From Candidatus Aenigmatarchaeota archaeon (lineage in GTDB: Archaea > Aenigmatarchaeota > Aenigmatarchaeia > GW2011-AR5 > JAHLMP01), in assembly GCA_018920315.1 (NCBI GenBank), contig JAHLMP010000003.1, forward strand, positions 43,472-107,471: a DNA stretch of 64,000 nt, read 5' to 3'. Position 1 is the first letter of the stretch. Each line of letters opens with the position of its first letter. Below, piece after piece: positions 18,002-27,087 of this stretch. The notes under the pieces are model-generated. The model ran no database searches and was not told the DNA's origin. It worked only from the letters and a program-made list of their open reading frames with translations. The translations under genes and the position numbers were made by a program.

Positions 18002-19936
18002 ATGAAAGAAAGAATTCCTATTAGAAAAAAAGCTGAAATATTGGAAGAAGAGGAGGAATTAAAATTGTATGAAAAGCTATGCAACTTTGCTGAAAAGATA
18101 GTAAAAGTAGAGCCAGATAAAAATACTAAACAAAAGATGGAAAGGTCTATTGAGATTACTCATCTCAGAGTTTCTCCAACAGGCGTTGCATCATTAACAT
18201 TCTTAGCTTCTATAGCTTTGTTATTTCTTGGAGTCTTATTAATTATACTTGCTTTGAATCTAAACTTTTCATTGACGTATGGGTTTTTATTAATTATTTT
18301 TTCTTTGCCCATTGGTTATTATCTTTATAATTATCCAATATTCTACGAAAAAAAGTTTATGATATCACGTGGTTCTGAGATAACATTCTTGATTCTATAT
18401 ATGATTATATACATGCGTGAATCTCCTAACTTAGAAGGTGCTGTAAAATTTGCTGCTGCAAATCTTTCTGGAAATTTAGGAAAAGATATGAAAAGATTGA
18501 TTTGGGAAATAGAAGCTGGAAAATATACTACTGTCGATGAGGCTTTGATAGATTATCTTAGCATTTGGAAAGAGGAAAAGTATTTTATAGAGGCTATTCA
18601 AATGCTTCGTGAAAGTTTGAATTATAACGAAGAAAAAAGATTGAGAATGTTGGACGAAGCTATCCAGATTGTTCTACAGGGAAGTGAAGAAAAAACAAGA
18701 ATATATTCAAATGAGCTTAAAATGCCTGTTCTGCTTATTCATGCTTTAGGGGTTTTGCTTCCTGTGATTGGCTTGGTCATGTTTCCTATAATTGCAATCT
18801 TTATGAACATTAAATCAGAAGTTCTATTTATAGGCTATAATATTCTCCTTCCAGCTATTTTGTTATTCTTAATAACAGAGGTTTCTCAAAGAAGACCTGC
18901 GACAATATCTAGAATAACCTTAGCTGAACATCCAAGATTACCACCAAGAAATCATTTCTCAATCAAGGTTGGAAGAAAATATCTATCATTTAACTCCATT
19001 ATATTTTCATCGCTTTTCTCATTCCCAATAATAATTTTTGGTTTATATGCTTTCATAACTTCTAATGGCGATAAGCTCGTAGAATCTTTTATAATAACGC
19101 TCGGAATAATATTTTTCTTCGCTTCCTATTTCTTTCTTTCATCTTTTCAAAAAGTTGTTTTTAGAGAAAAGATAAGAAAAATAGAAGAAGAATTTACAGA
19201 AGCTTTATTCCAGCTTGGAAATAAAGTTTCAACAGGCACTCCTATAGAAGGTGCAATAGAAAGATCTATAAAAGCTATTGGAGAGCTGGAAATAAAGAAA
19301 TTTTTTGAAGTAATATTAAAAAATATAAAAAACTTGGGTATGACGCTCCATGAGGCTATTTTTAATAGAGAATATGGTGCTGCGTATCTCTACCCTTCTA
19401 CGCTTATAAGATCTATAATGAGAATAGTTGCTGATGCTTCGAGAAAAGGTGTGCAAGTTGCTTCCATTACCATGCTTACAATATCAAAATATTTGAGAAG
19501 CGTACATTTAGCTGAAGAAAAGATTAAGGACATGCTGAGTGATGTTCTATCTTCTTTGAAATTTCAAGGGTTTTTCTTAACACCACTAGTATGTGGAGTT
19601 GTAGTAAGTTTGGCAACAATAATCATTAGTATATTAAAAGAGATTATGAAGACTCAGAGTAGTATAGAAGCTGCAAAATCTTATGCAGCTGGATTACCAT
19701 TTCTATTTGGAAAGATAGGAATTACTCCTGGAGGGTTTCAGCTTATCTGCTCTTTATACTTTATAGAAGCTACTATACTTGTTGCAATGTTTACAAACTC
19801 TATTGAGAATGGAGAAGATGAAATAGGAATGCAAACATTAGCTTTTAGAATGCTTTCTATAGGAAGTGTTGTTTATTTCATAACTATTATTGCGTGCATG
19901 CTTATCTTTGGACCTATGGCAACAATAAAAGTCTAG
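18002..19936 (+). CDS. FlaJ/PilC/TadC-like polytopic membrane platform protein (paralogue 2)
   Basis: 644-aa polytopic protein, collinear similarity to 12843..14957. Confidence 0.75.
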   Translation: MKERIPIRKKAEILEEEEELKLYEKLCNFAEKIVKVEPDKNTKQKMERSIEITHLRVSPTGVASLTFLASIALLFLGVLLIILALNLNFSLTYGFLLIIFSLPIGYYLYNYPIFYEKKFMISRGSEITFLILYMIIYMRESPNLEGAVKFAAANLSGNLGKDMKRLIWEIEAGKYTTVDEALIDYLSIWKEEKYFIEAIQMLRESLNYNEEKRLRMLDEAIQIVLQGSEEKTRIYSNELKMPVLLIHALGVLLPVIGLVMFPIIAIFMNIKSEVLFIGYNILLPAILLFLITEVSQRRPATISRITLAEHPRLPPRNHFSIKVGRKYLSFNSIIFSSLFSFPIIIFGLYAFITSNGDKLVESFIITLGIIFFFASYFFLSSFQKVVFREKIRKIEEEFTEALFQLGNKVSTGTPIEGAIERSIKAIGELEIKKFFEVILKNIKNLGMTLHEAIFNREYGAAYLYPSTLIRSIMRIVADASRKGVQVASITMLTISKYLRSVHLAEEKIKDMLSDVLSSLKFQGFFLTPLVCGVVVSLATIIISILKEIMKTQSSIEAAKSYAAGLPFLFGKIGITPGGFQLICSLYFIEATILVAMFTNSIENGEDEIGMQTLAFRMLSIGSVVYFITIIACMLIFGPMATIKV

Positions 19937-20051
19937 GAGCTAAAAAACCAGATATCATTTTAAAAAAATCGATGTGAAAAAATAAATAATAGCCGAAAAT
20001 ATCAAAACCATTTTCTTGATTCTCAAATAATTCAAAATGCCCCGTCCGGGA

Positions 20052-20109
20052 TTTTCAATTTTTGGTTTTCAATAATTTTGTATATTTAGCGCGATTTCGA
20101 AAAATAATT
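20052..20109 (-). other. tRNA-Glu T-loop intron (position 59/60, 58 nt)
   Basis: BHB motif: central helix TTCA (20115-20112) / TGAA (20057-20054), with 3-nt bulges AAA (20111-20109) and AAT (20053-20051). The flanking helix is ATT.TT/AA.AAT. Confidence 0.7.
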
Positions 20110-20146
20110 TTTGAACCCGGGCCTCGGCCTTGAGAGGGCCGCATCC

Positions 20147-20172
20147 TCTCAGCTATTTTTAAATTTATAAAA
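20147..20172 (-). other. tRNA-Glu D-loop intron (about position 20b-21/22, 26 nt, boundary ambiguous by 1 nt)
   Basis: Removing it restores the D arm GTCT/GGAT. Only a relaxed BHB is present (central helix CGGT/GCTG with two G-U pairs). Confidence 0.5.
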
Positions 20173-20299
20173 TTGACCGGGCTAGACTAACGGGGCTTAC
20201 TATATAAATTTGATTCGCTATCTTTATTTATTTTTCCTTAACAATCTCTAAACCTTTTTAAATACTTCTTTCTAAATAAATTTAAAGAGGTTGAGAGAT

Positions 20300-20476
20300 A
20301 TGGCAGATTTGCTTGTTGTAAGGTCTAAGGTAAAAGAGTTTGCAAAAAAGAAGAAAATGAGAGTAAGCGAAGAAGCAATAATTGCATTAGACAAGGAGTT
20401 ACAAAGAATAATAGACAAAGCAATAGAAAGAGCAAAAGCATCTAAAAGAGGTACTGTACAAGGAAGAGACATATAA
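20300..20476 (+). CDS. histone-fold-like DUF1931 family protein
   Basis: 58 aa from the ATG at 20300: MADLLVVRSKVKEFAKKKKMRVSEEAIIALDKELQRIIDKAIERAKASKRGTVQGRDI. This pattern is recalled for the DUF1931/histone-like family. Confidence 0.65.
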   Translation: MADLLVVRSKVKEFAKKKKMRVSEEAIIALDKELQRIIDKAIERAKASKRGTVQGRDI

Positions 20477-20542
20477 GTTTGATATAAAAAATCTTTATTG
20501 TTTTTAATTTTTCAACTTTTATTTTGTTTCTATTTTTAGTTT

Positions 20543-21907
20543 TTAATTTTTCGTATATATTTTTATCACATCCAATTCTTTTGTTTCGCAATCACAATTA
20601 AGTATTTCTGAAACGCTTGGCCTCGTTCTTCCATTATCTCCTGAAACAAGCTCTTTTACATAAAGACCTGCCTCGCATCTAACTATTAGCTCAAAAGAGT
20701 TTTTAGAAAGTAATTTAGCTTTTACACTTTTTACAACTCTCTTTCTTAACTTATCTCCTCTTCTTTTTAAAACTCTCAGTGGAGTTCTCTGACTTATAAT
20801 TCCTTCAATTGATTTTAATTCCTTCAAGTCATTTTTATTTATTTCTTTATCGCAAATTACTATTACTCTATACTCCTTATCATGTCTTTCTTCCTTTAAT
20901 TCTCTTGCTTCTTTAACATTGGTAAATCTAAGTTTTCTAATTCTTATCTTTTTACTTTTATTTACTTCATTTTCAAGTTTTTTTAGATTAATATATCTTT
21001 TCTTTGGTTGGATAACCTCTATCACAAAAGGTCTCCACCCTAAACAACGAGCATCTACATCCTCTCGACCAGCTCCATGAAATTTTGTTTTAATACCTTT
21101 GGTCATTTTAAGCAATTCTTTTGCTATTATCTCTTCGACAGAATTTTCATATCTTCTCGATTTTGTTTGCGCTATTCCTCTAACAAGCTTTTGATACTCA
21201 CCATATATAAAGAGAGGGTTTATTCTTATGCTTACTTCTTCATTCTCGAGATCTAATAAAATTAAAACATCTGGATATTGTAAGTTTGCTTTTATTTTTA
21301 ACTCCTTTTCTATTTCCTTTCCAATTGTTCTATTTATTTCTGTTTTTATTGGCTCGCACAAATCAATACCTATAGCTTCCCAAAGTTCTTCCTCTTTTTT
21401 TGCTAAATCTTCTGTTAATTTTGTTCCAACAACGTAGCTTCTAAACTCAATTTTGCTACTCTTTATTTTTCTTAAAATAAGCTCTTTCCATTTCTTTAAA
21501 TTTTCATCGGTAAAAAAATTGTTGCAAACATAGCAAATATTTTTTCCAGAATTTTGTTTTATACTTTCTATTTTCGATTTTATTTTTTCGTTTCTGAAAA
21601 CAAATGTTAAGAAGTTATTTAACTCGACATTAAGAGGACAAAAATCAAGAATAAATGCAAAAAAGTTTCTTAAGGTCTTTCCTCTTTTTCTATTATCCAT
21701 ATTAGAAAGAAGTTGAGCAAACTGGCGACCTAAACAATTATCGCATATATATCCGCGCTTAAATATTTCATATATTTTTTGTATTAAGATGTTTGTTTGG
21801 CTTTCGAATTCTACAAAATCTTTTTTATTATATTCGTTTATTTCTTCTATTTTATTGAAATTCTCCAAAATTTCATCTTTTCTATTTTTTCTTTCTTTTT
21901 CTTTCAA
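20543..21907 (-). CDS. pus10: tRNA pseudouridine(54/55) synthase Pus10
   Basis: 454 aa with N-terminal Zn motifs (CDNCLGRQF, CYVCNNFF), a THUMP-like middle region and the catalytic block HGAGREDVDARCLGWRPFVIEV. Confidence 0.9.
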   Translation of the reverse strand: MKEKERKNRKDEILENFNKIEEINEYNKKDFVEFESQTNILIQKIYEIFKRGYICDNCLGRQFAQLLSNMDNRKRGKTLRNFFAFILDFCPLNVELNNFLTFVFRNEKIKSKIESIKQNSGKNICYVCNNFFTDENLKKWKELILRKIKSSKIEFRSYVVGTKLTEDLAKKEEELWEAIGIDLCEPIKTEINRTIGKEIEKELKIKANLQYPDVLILLDLENEEVSIRINPLFIYGEYQKLVRGIAQTKSRRYENSVEEIIAKELLKMTKGIKTKFHGAGREDVDARCLGWRPFVIEVIQPKKRYINLKKLENEVNKSKKIRIRKLRFTNVKEARELKEERHDKEYRVIVICDKEINKNDLKELKSIEGIISQRTPLRVLKRRGDKLRKRVVKSVKAKLLSKNSFELIVRCEAGLYVKELVSGDNGRTRPSVSEILNCDCETKELDVIKIYTKN

Positions 21908-21967
21908 TCGACATCACCACGAATTTATTAAAAGAATTTTAGCTTAATGAAATCTAATCAAATTTTC

Positions 21968-22564
21968 TTATAATCTTACCTCTATAATATTTCCATATGG
22001 CTTCTCTTCTTTGAATATTTGTACAGAAAATTTAAACAATTTCGCATTTGGATGTTTCCAGCAATTGGGAGAGAGTCCTGCTTTTAAGCATAAATTGGCT
22101 AAGAATTCCTCTTTATTACTTATTTTTTCCCAGACTTGAGGAAGGAAAAGTGCTGATGCTAAACCATATTTTATTATTATTCCGTCTTTGTATCTTTCTA
22201 TCTTCTCAAGATATTCCTCGCTTCTTTTGGCTTTTATTTCTTTTGGATCAGAAAGCACAGAAACCTCTATTACAATTTTTTCTAATTCATCTTTGCCTAA
22301 AGGCTCGAACCTTGGGTCTGAGCAAGCCTCTCGAGCTGTGATGAAGATAGCATCTATTAATGAATGTATTGGGTAAGGAATTCCTATACACCCTCTAAGT
22401 TCGTGCTCTGGATATGTTTCTATCGTAGTAAAGACGCCACGCTTTTCTAGCATCCACTCTTCAAGCTTTGGCCTTTCTATTTTTTCTTTTTTGGTTTGAG
22501 CGTCTACAATCTTTCTTGCCAGCTTTACTAGAAATTCTCCTTGACTAAAATTTAACATTTTCAT
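21968..22564 (-). CDS. AMMECR1 domain protein
   Basis: 198 aa with GVFTTIETYPEHELRGCIGIPYP and DPRF motifs. Confidence 0.9.
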   Translation of the reverse strand: MKMLNFSQGEFLVKLARKIVDAQTKKEKIERPKLEEWMLEKRGVFTTIETYPEHELRGCIGIPYPIHSLIDAIFITAREACSDPRFEPLGKDELEKIVIEVSVLSDPKEIKAKRSEEYLEKIERYKDGIIIKYGLASALFLPQVWEKISNKEEFLANLCLKAGLSPNCWKHPNAKLFKFSVQIFKEEKPYGNIIEVRL

Positions 22565-22698
22565 ATTTTTCTTTTACCTTTTAAACTATTTTATCTTTTT
22601 AGTTATTTATACTTAAATGTGGATAAAATTATTTTCAAATCTCGATAAAATTTGCAAGAGAGTAAAATATTTAATAATCAAAAATATCAAATTATTCT

Positions 22699-22995
22699 AT
22701 GCTTCTTGAAGAAAAACTAAAAAAGCTTTTAGAGTTAAAAATATCTTCTAATGGATTTGTTATAGATGATATCCAAATAGTAAGTGATAGGGAATATGGA
22801 TATATAATTGTTTTAGTAAATGAGAAAAGCATTTATAATGAAATTTTGGAAACTAAATTAGAAGCTTTAGAAGGAAGAAAAATTCTTCCGGATCTTTGGA
22901 TTTTTGGTCCATACCTTTGCAAAGTTGGAAACTCCTTGGCTGAAAATCCAAAATCAAATTCAATTTTATATAATCAAAATCAAGCTTTATCTTAG
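22699..22995 (+). CDS. hypothetical protein
   Basis: 98-aa ORF in an otherwise empty intergenic slot. No recognisable motif. Confidence 0.4.
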   Translation: MLLEEKLKKLLELKISSNGFVIDDIQIVSDREYGYIIVLVNEKSIYNEILETKLEALEGRKILPDLWIFGPYLCKVGNSLAENPKSNSILYNQNQALS

Positions 22996-23035
22996 ATATA
23001 AAATTTTCAGCTAAGAATTTTCTTAAAGATAAATT

Positions 23036-23746
23036 TTAAAAATATTTCTTTATTTCTTCTTCGCTGAATTTTTTAAATTTATTCTTTTCTACTATTGCAA
23101 CGTCTAATGAATTAATTTCTACTTTCTTTTCACACTTTTTCATTATCTTTATTCCGAAATCTATTGCTTCTTCTTTGCTCATTTTTTCCTTATATTCTTT
23201 TTCAAGAATCTGGTTCGCAAGCTTTGCACCTCTTCCTACAGCTCTTGCTAACCATTCCCTCAAAGCTCCAGAAGGATCTGTCTCAAACAAATGTTCCTTT
23301 TCATCTACGCCGGCAATAAGAAATGAAACTCCATAAGGGCGAATACCACCTATTTGGGTGTATTGTTGCTTTCTAAATGATATCATCTTTGCAAGTGATT
23401 TGACTGAAATTGGTTCATTAAATGTAATTTTGTTTACTTGTGCCTTAACTCTTGCATATTCTATCAATATATGTGCATCAGCAACAAAACCACAAAATGC
23501 CATGGCTATATGATCGTCTATCTTTAAAATCTTTTCACTTGATTCTGGAATAAGTAATCTATTAGTTGTTTTATAAGCAAATAAAGCAACGCCACCATTA
23601 TAAATTATTCCAAGTATCGTTGTTGCATTCTCAACAGCCTTATAAGCATATTCAACTTGATATAGTCTTCCCTCTGGAGAGAAAACTGCTATTGCCCTAT
23701 CATAAGCCATTTTTGGAGTTGTTTCAGGAGTTTCTATCTCAACCAT
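23036..23746 (-). CDS. psmA: proteasome subunit alpha
   Basis: The YDRAIAVFSPEGRLYQVEYA signature sits at the N-terminus of a 236-aa protein. Confidence 0.95.
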   Translation of the reverse strand: MVEIETPETTPKMAYDRAIAVFSPEGRLYQVEYAYKAVENATTILGIIYNGGVALFAYKTTNRLLIPESSEKILKIDDHIAMAFCGFVADAHILIEYARVKAQVNKITFNEPISVKSLAKMISFRKQQYTQIGGIRPYGVSFLIAGVDEKEHLFETDPSGALREWLARAVGRGAKLANQILEKEYKEKMSKEEAIDFGIKIMKKCEKKVEINSLDVAIVEKNKFKKFSEEEIKKYF

Positions 23747-23966
23747 TTAGATCATCCGTTTTAAATAAAGATATATAAAATTTTAAATTTAAATAATTTA
23801 ACATTTCTATTTCAACATTCTTAATTCGTTGACTTCTCTCTTCTATAATTTGATATCAAATTATTTTTATTTTAGGTTTTTAACAATTTTTCTTTATAAT
23901 TAATAAACAACAAGAACATTAATAAAATCTCAAAATCTTTTAATATCAATTATTTTGTGAGAATTT

Positions 23967-24941
23967 ATGAAAATTTGCAAATATTTAAAATGCAGTTGTG
24001 GAAGAGAAGCAATATATTTTAAAGAAAATGAAGGAAGAGCATACTGCAAATTTTGCTTATCTAAATATGTAGAAAAAAATTTCAAAAAAACAATTGGAAA
24101 AGAAAGATTAATAGAAAGGAATGATAAGATAGCTGTAGCTCTTTCTGGAGGTAAAGACTCTTCTCTTCTACTTTTTCTTTTGAAAAAATTTTTTAGGAAT
24201 GAACTATTTGCGATAATAATTGATGAAGGAATTGGAGAATATAGAGAAAAGAGCATAGAAAAAGCTAAAGAGCTTTGCATGAAACTGGGAGTGAATTATA
24301 AAATCGCTTCTTTTAAAAATGAGTTTGGATTTTCGATGAAAGAAATTTTTGAAGATTTAGAAATTAGAAAAAAATTATTGCCTTGTACATATTGCGGAGT
24401 TTTGAGAAGATATTTACTGAATAAAAAAGCTAGAGAAATCGATGCAAACAAGCTTGCGGTAGGAATAAACCTTGAAGATGAGGTAGAATCTATAATAATG
24501 AATATAATAAGAGATGATGTTGAAAGATTTTTAAAGCTTGGTGCTTTTCCATCTTTAATTGAAGATGAAAGATTTGTTCCACGAATAAAGCCATTAAGAA
24601 ATCTTAGCGAAAAAGAAATAATTCTTTATGATAAAATTTACAAAATTCCTTTTGAAAAGAAAAGATGTCCTTTTAGAGGAAATTCTATAAGATTTGATGT
24701 TAGAAAAATTTTACGAAATCTCGAGAAAAAATATCCGGGAACAAAATATCAGATAGTTAGATTCTATGATAAGATAAAGCCACTTCTATTAGAAAAGATT
24801 AAAGAAAATCAAGAAAAAGAAGCAAGAATAAATTATTGCAAATCATGTAAAGAACCGACTTCAAGAGAATTTTGTAAAGCTTGCGAGCTAATTAAAAAAT
24901 TAAAATCTTTGAAAGAGAAATACTCTACTCAAAACCTTTAG
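23967..24941 (+). CDS. TtuA/Ncs6-family tRNA 2-thiolation PP-loop ATPase
   Basis: 324 aa with an N-terminal Zn finger (CSCG...CKFC), the PP-loop ALSGGKDSS, and C-terminal CKSC...CKAC. Confidence 0.85.
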   Translation: MKICKYLKCSCGREAIYFKENEGRAYCKFCLSKYVEKNFKKTIGKERLIERNDKIAVALSGGKDSSLLLFLLKKFFRNELFAIIIDEGIGEYREKSIEKAKELCMKLGVNYKIASFKNEFGFSMKEIFEDLEIRKKLLPCTYCGVLRRYLLNKKAREIDANKLAVGINLEDEVESIIMNIIRDDVERFLKLGAFPSLIEDERFVPRIKPLRNLSEKEIILYDKIYKIPFEKKRCPFRGNSIRFDVRKILRNLEKKYPGTKYQIVRFYDKIKPLLLEKIKENQEKEARINYCKSCKEPTSREFCKACELIKKLKSLKEKYSTQNL

Positions 24942-25767
24942 ATAAAATATCTTCTTTTTGTTTAATCAAATTTCTTATAATGTTTTCGCTCATTCCAATT
25001 TCTCTTAACTTATCTTCTTCCAACTCTTTAACAACAATTATCCCACTTTGCATGATTTTTTCTATTATATTCTTCTTTGTTTTTAGTATATTAACTGGAT
25101 AGAGTGCCTTTTTCTGAATCAAAAATTCCAAACTTGCGTTTTCAGGATATTTCCAACCTGTTAGTATTATATCTTTTGCGTTTGCGTATTTCTTTGCATG
25201 CTCAGAAAACTTCGTATTGGTTATTATCCAAGCCTTCTTGAAATTGTAATTGTTTTTGTTATTTTTGAAACCATCTAAGATGTCTTCAAGCGTTGCATAA
25301 ACTTGAAGACATGTATCTAAGCCGCAAAAGCGGTGTGCATTTCTATGCCTCTTACACTCGACTAAAATTAACTCTTGCATCTTATTTCTTGCTATTATAT
25401 CTATTTGGTGCTCTACAGCAAGTCCTTGAATTATCTTATTATACTCGCAAATATATTCATAACTTTCTAATAATCTTTTTATGAAAATCTCAAATATGAA
25501 AGGATCTAAGCTTGCTATTGCTTCTCTTAATGTATAAATCTTTGCACTTGCTGTTTCATATTTTTCTAATAATTTTTTTATCATTTGATAAATTTCTTTA
25601 GTTGATATCTCATTGTAAGCTTTACTTTCTATTTCGTTTGCTATTTTTACAGCAATTTCTTGTGAAACTCCTGCTCTAATGCATGTATTTATTATCTTAT
25701 CTTTTTGAAACTCTTCTTTTCTTCCATCAAATTTTGTTACAAGCATTTTTATCATCTTATTTTTCAA
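24925..25767 (-). CDS. ATP-cone domain fused to Mrr-like (PD-(D/E)xK) restriction endonuclease domain
   Basis: N-terminus VTKFDGRKEEFQKDKIINTCIRAGVS...STKEIYQMI is an ATP-cone pattern. The middle region has HQIDIIARNK...LILVECKRH (a D...ExK nuclease core). Confidence 0.7.
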   Translation of the reverse strand: MKNKMIKMLVTKFDGRKEEFQKDKIINTCIRAGVSQEIAVKIANEIESKAYNEISTKEIYQMIKKLLEKYETASAKIYTLREAIASLDPFIFEIFIKRLLESYEYICEYNKIIQGLAVEHQIDIIARNKMQELILVECKRHRNAHRFCGLDTCLQVYATLEDILDGFKNNKNNYNFKKAWIITNTKFSEHAKKYANAKDIILTGWKYPENASLEFLIQKKALYPVNILKTKKNIIEKIMQSGIIVVKELEEDKLREIGMSENIIRNLIKQKEDILSKGFE

Positions 25768-25785
25768 AGTGTTTCTTGAATCTTT

Positions 25786-27045
25786 TTACTTATTATTTTT
25801 AAATATAGGGAGTGCAAACTTCATAGGATTTTTTATTATCATCGCATGCTTACATGAGATTTCATCAAATCTTTTAGCTATTTTGTATTTTTTAAATTTA
25901 TTTAAAACATTTTCTAAATCTTTCTCCGAAGAATAAAATAAAATTGGAACCTCTCCAAATTCATGCTTTCCTGATGCAACACTTGTTATATGATCGCTTG
26001 TAACTATAAGATTTATATCTCTAAATTTTCTCATTCTTGAAAAAACTACCTCATCTATCTTTTCCAAAAATCTTTTCTTAGCTTCAAAATTCTTATCATG
26101 CGCTGCAACATCACAACCATTGATATGAAGCAAAATAAAATCATATTTATCTATAGCTTTCTCTAAAGCATCTATCTTTCCTTTCAAATTTGTATTGAGC
26201 TCTGCATTCGCTCCTTTAACATTTATTATATCAATACCCAAATACCTTGAGATTCCTCTTATTACAACATGCCCAGAAATTGAGCATGCTTTAAGTTTAT
26301 ATTTCTTTACAAATTTTACAACACTTTTTATTTTTCCAGCCCCTCTCAATAATAAAAAGTTTGCTTTCATCTTTCTTTTTTTGTTTAATGGATGCTCATC
26401 TAATATTTCGAAAGCTTTTGATGAAAATATATTCAAAATTCTCGCAGTCCTTTCAGCTTTTTTCGATTTTGGAATAATATTACCAACAAAATCTCCTTCT
26501 GCATCTGAGTCTGTAATGCTTGTTGATAAACCTTTACCTTCAAGTATCAAAATGCAACGATGCCCTATAGTATGTAAACACTTTATTTTTACATCTTCTA
26601 TATTCATTTCTAATGATTTTGAAAGCTCATCCAAGTAGCTTGCATCTCTTCCTGCCCTTCTATCAATTATTTTGAACTTTTTTCCAATCTTTTCAACAGT
26701 AGCAAAATTTCCTCTTAAATAGAGCTCATCATTCTTTGGCTTTATTCCTATGCCCAAGGCTTCTATAAATCCTCTCCCTGGATTATCTTTCCAAGAATAT
26801 CCTAAAAGTTCTAATGTTGCTACATCGCTCATAGATTTTGGGTTATAATTCTTCGGAGCTTTTGCTCCTTGCCACAAGCAACAAAAGCCACGAGAAGCAA
26901 AGAAATCTAAATTTTCTTTTTTTGCTCTGCTTAAAGGAGTTTCATTTCCAATGTCAGCTAATCCATCTAGAATAACAAAAATTATCTTTCTCTTATTCTT
27001 TTTCTCAGTATTTTTCCTCTTTTTAGCTAATTTCATTTTCTTCAC
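25786..27045 (-). CDS. apgM: cofactor-independent phosphoglycerate mutase, archaeal type (ApgM family)
   Basis: 419 aa with IIFVILDGLADIG...TPLSRAKKENLDFFASRG at the N-terminus and HINGCDVAAHD / TSDHIT metal-binding blocks of the alkaline-phosphatase superfamily. Confidence 0.8.
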   Translation of the reverse strand: MKKMKLAKKRKNTEKKNKRKIIFVILDGLADIGNETPLSRAKKENLDFFASRGFCCLWQGAKAPKNYNPKSMSDVATLELLGYSWKDNPGRGFIEALGIGIKPKNDELYLRGNFATVEKIGKKFKIIDRRAGRDASYLDELSKSLEMNIEDVKIKCLHTIGHRCILILEGKGLSTSITDSDAEGDFVGNIIPKSKKAERTARILNIFSSKAFEILDEHPLNKKRKMKANFLLLRGAGKIKSVVKFVKKYKLKACSISGHVVIRGISRYLGIDIINVKGANAELNTNLKGKIDALEKAIDKYDFILLHINGCDVAAHDKNFEAKKRFLEKIDEVVFSRMRKFRDINLIVTSDHITSVASGKHEFGEVPILFYSSEKDLENVLNKFKKYKIAKRFDEISCKHAMIIKNPMKFALPIFKNNK

Positions 27046-27087
27046 TTCTTACATTTTCTCTTATAACTCTTAAACAATATGAACGCC

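Larger units (their letters stand above)
20038..20196 (-). tRNA. tRNA-Glu(CUC) with two non-canonical introns
   Basis: Hand fold of the minus strand:
- Acceptor GCCCCGT/ACGGGGC.
- D arm GTCT-AGCCCGGTCAA-[intron]-GGAT.
- Anticodon stem CGGCC/GGCCG with loop CTCTCAA.
- Variable AGGC.
- T arm CCGGG-TTCAAA[intron]T-CCCGG.
- Discriminator A.
No encoded CCA. Confidence 0.75.
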
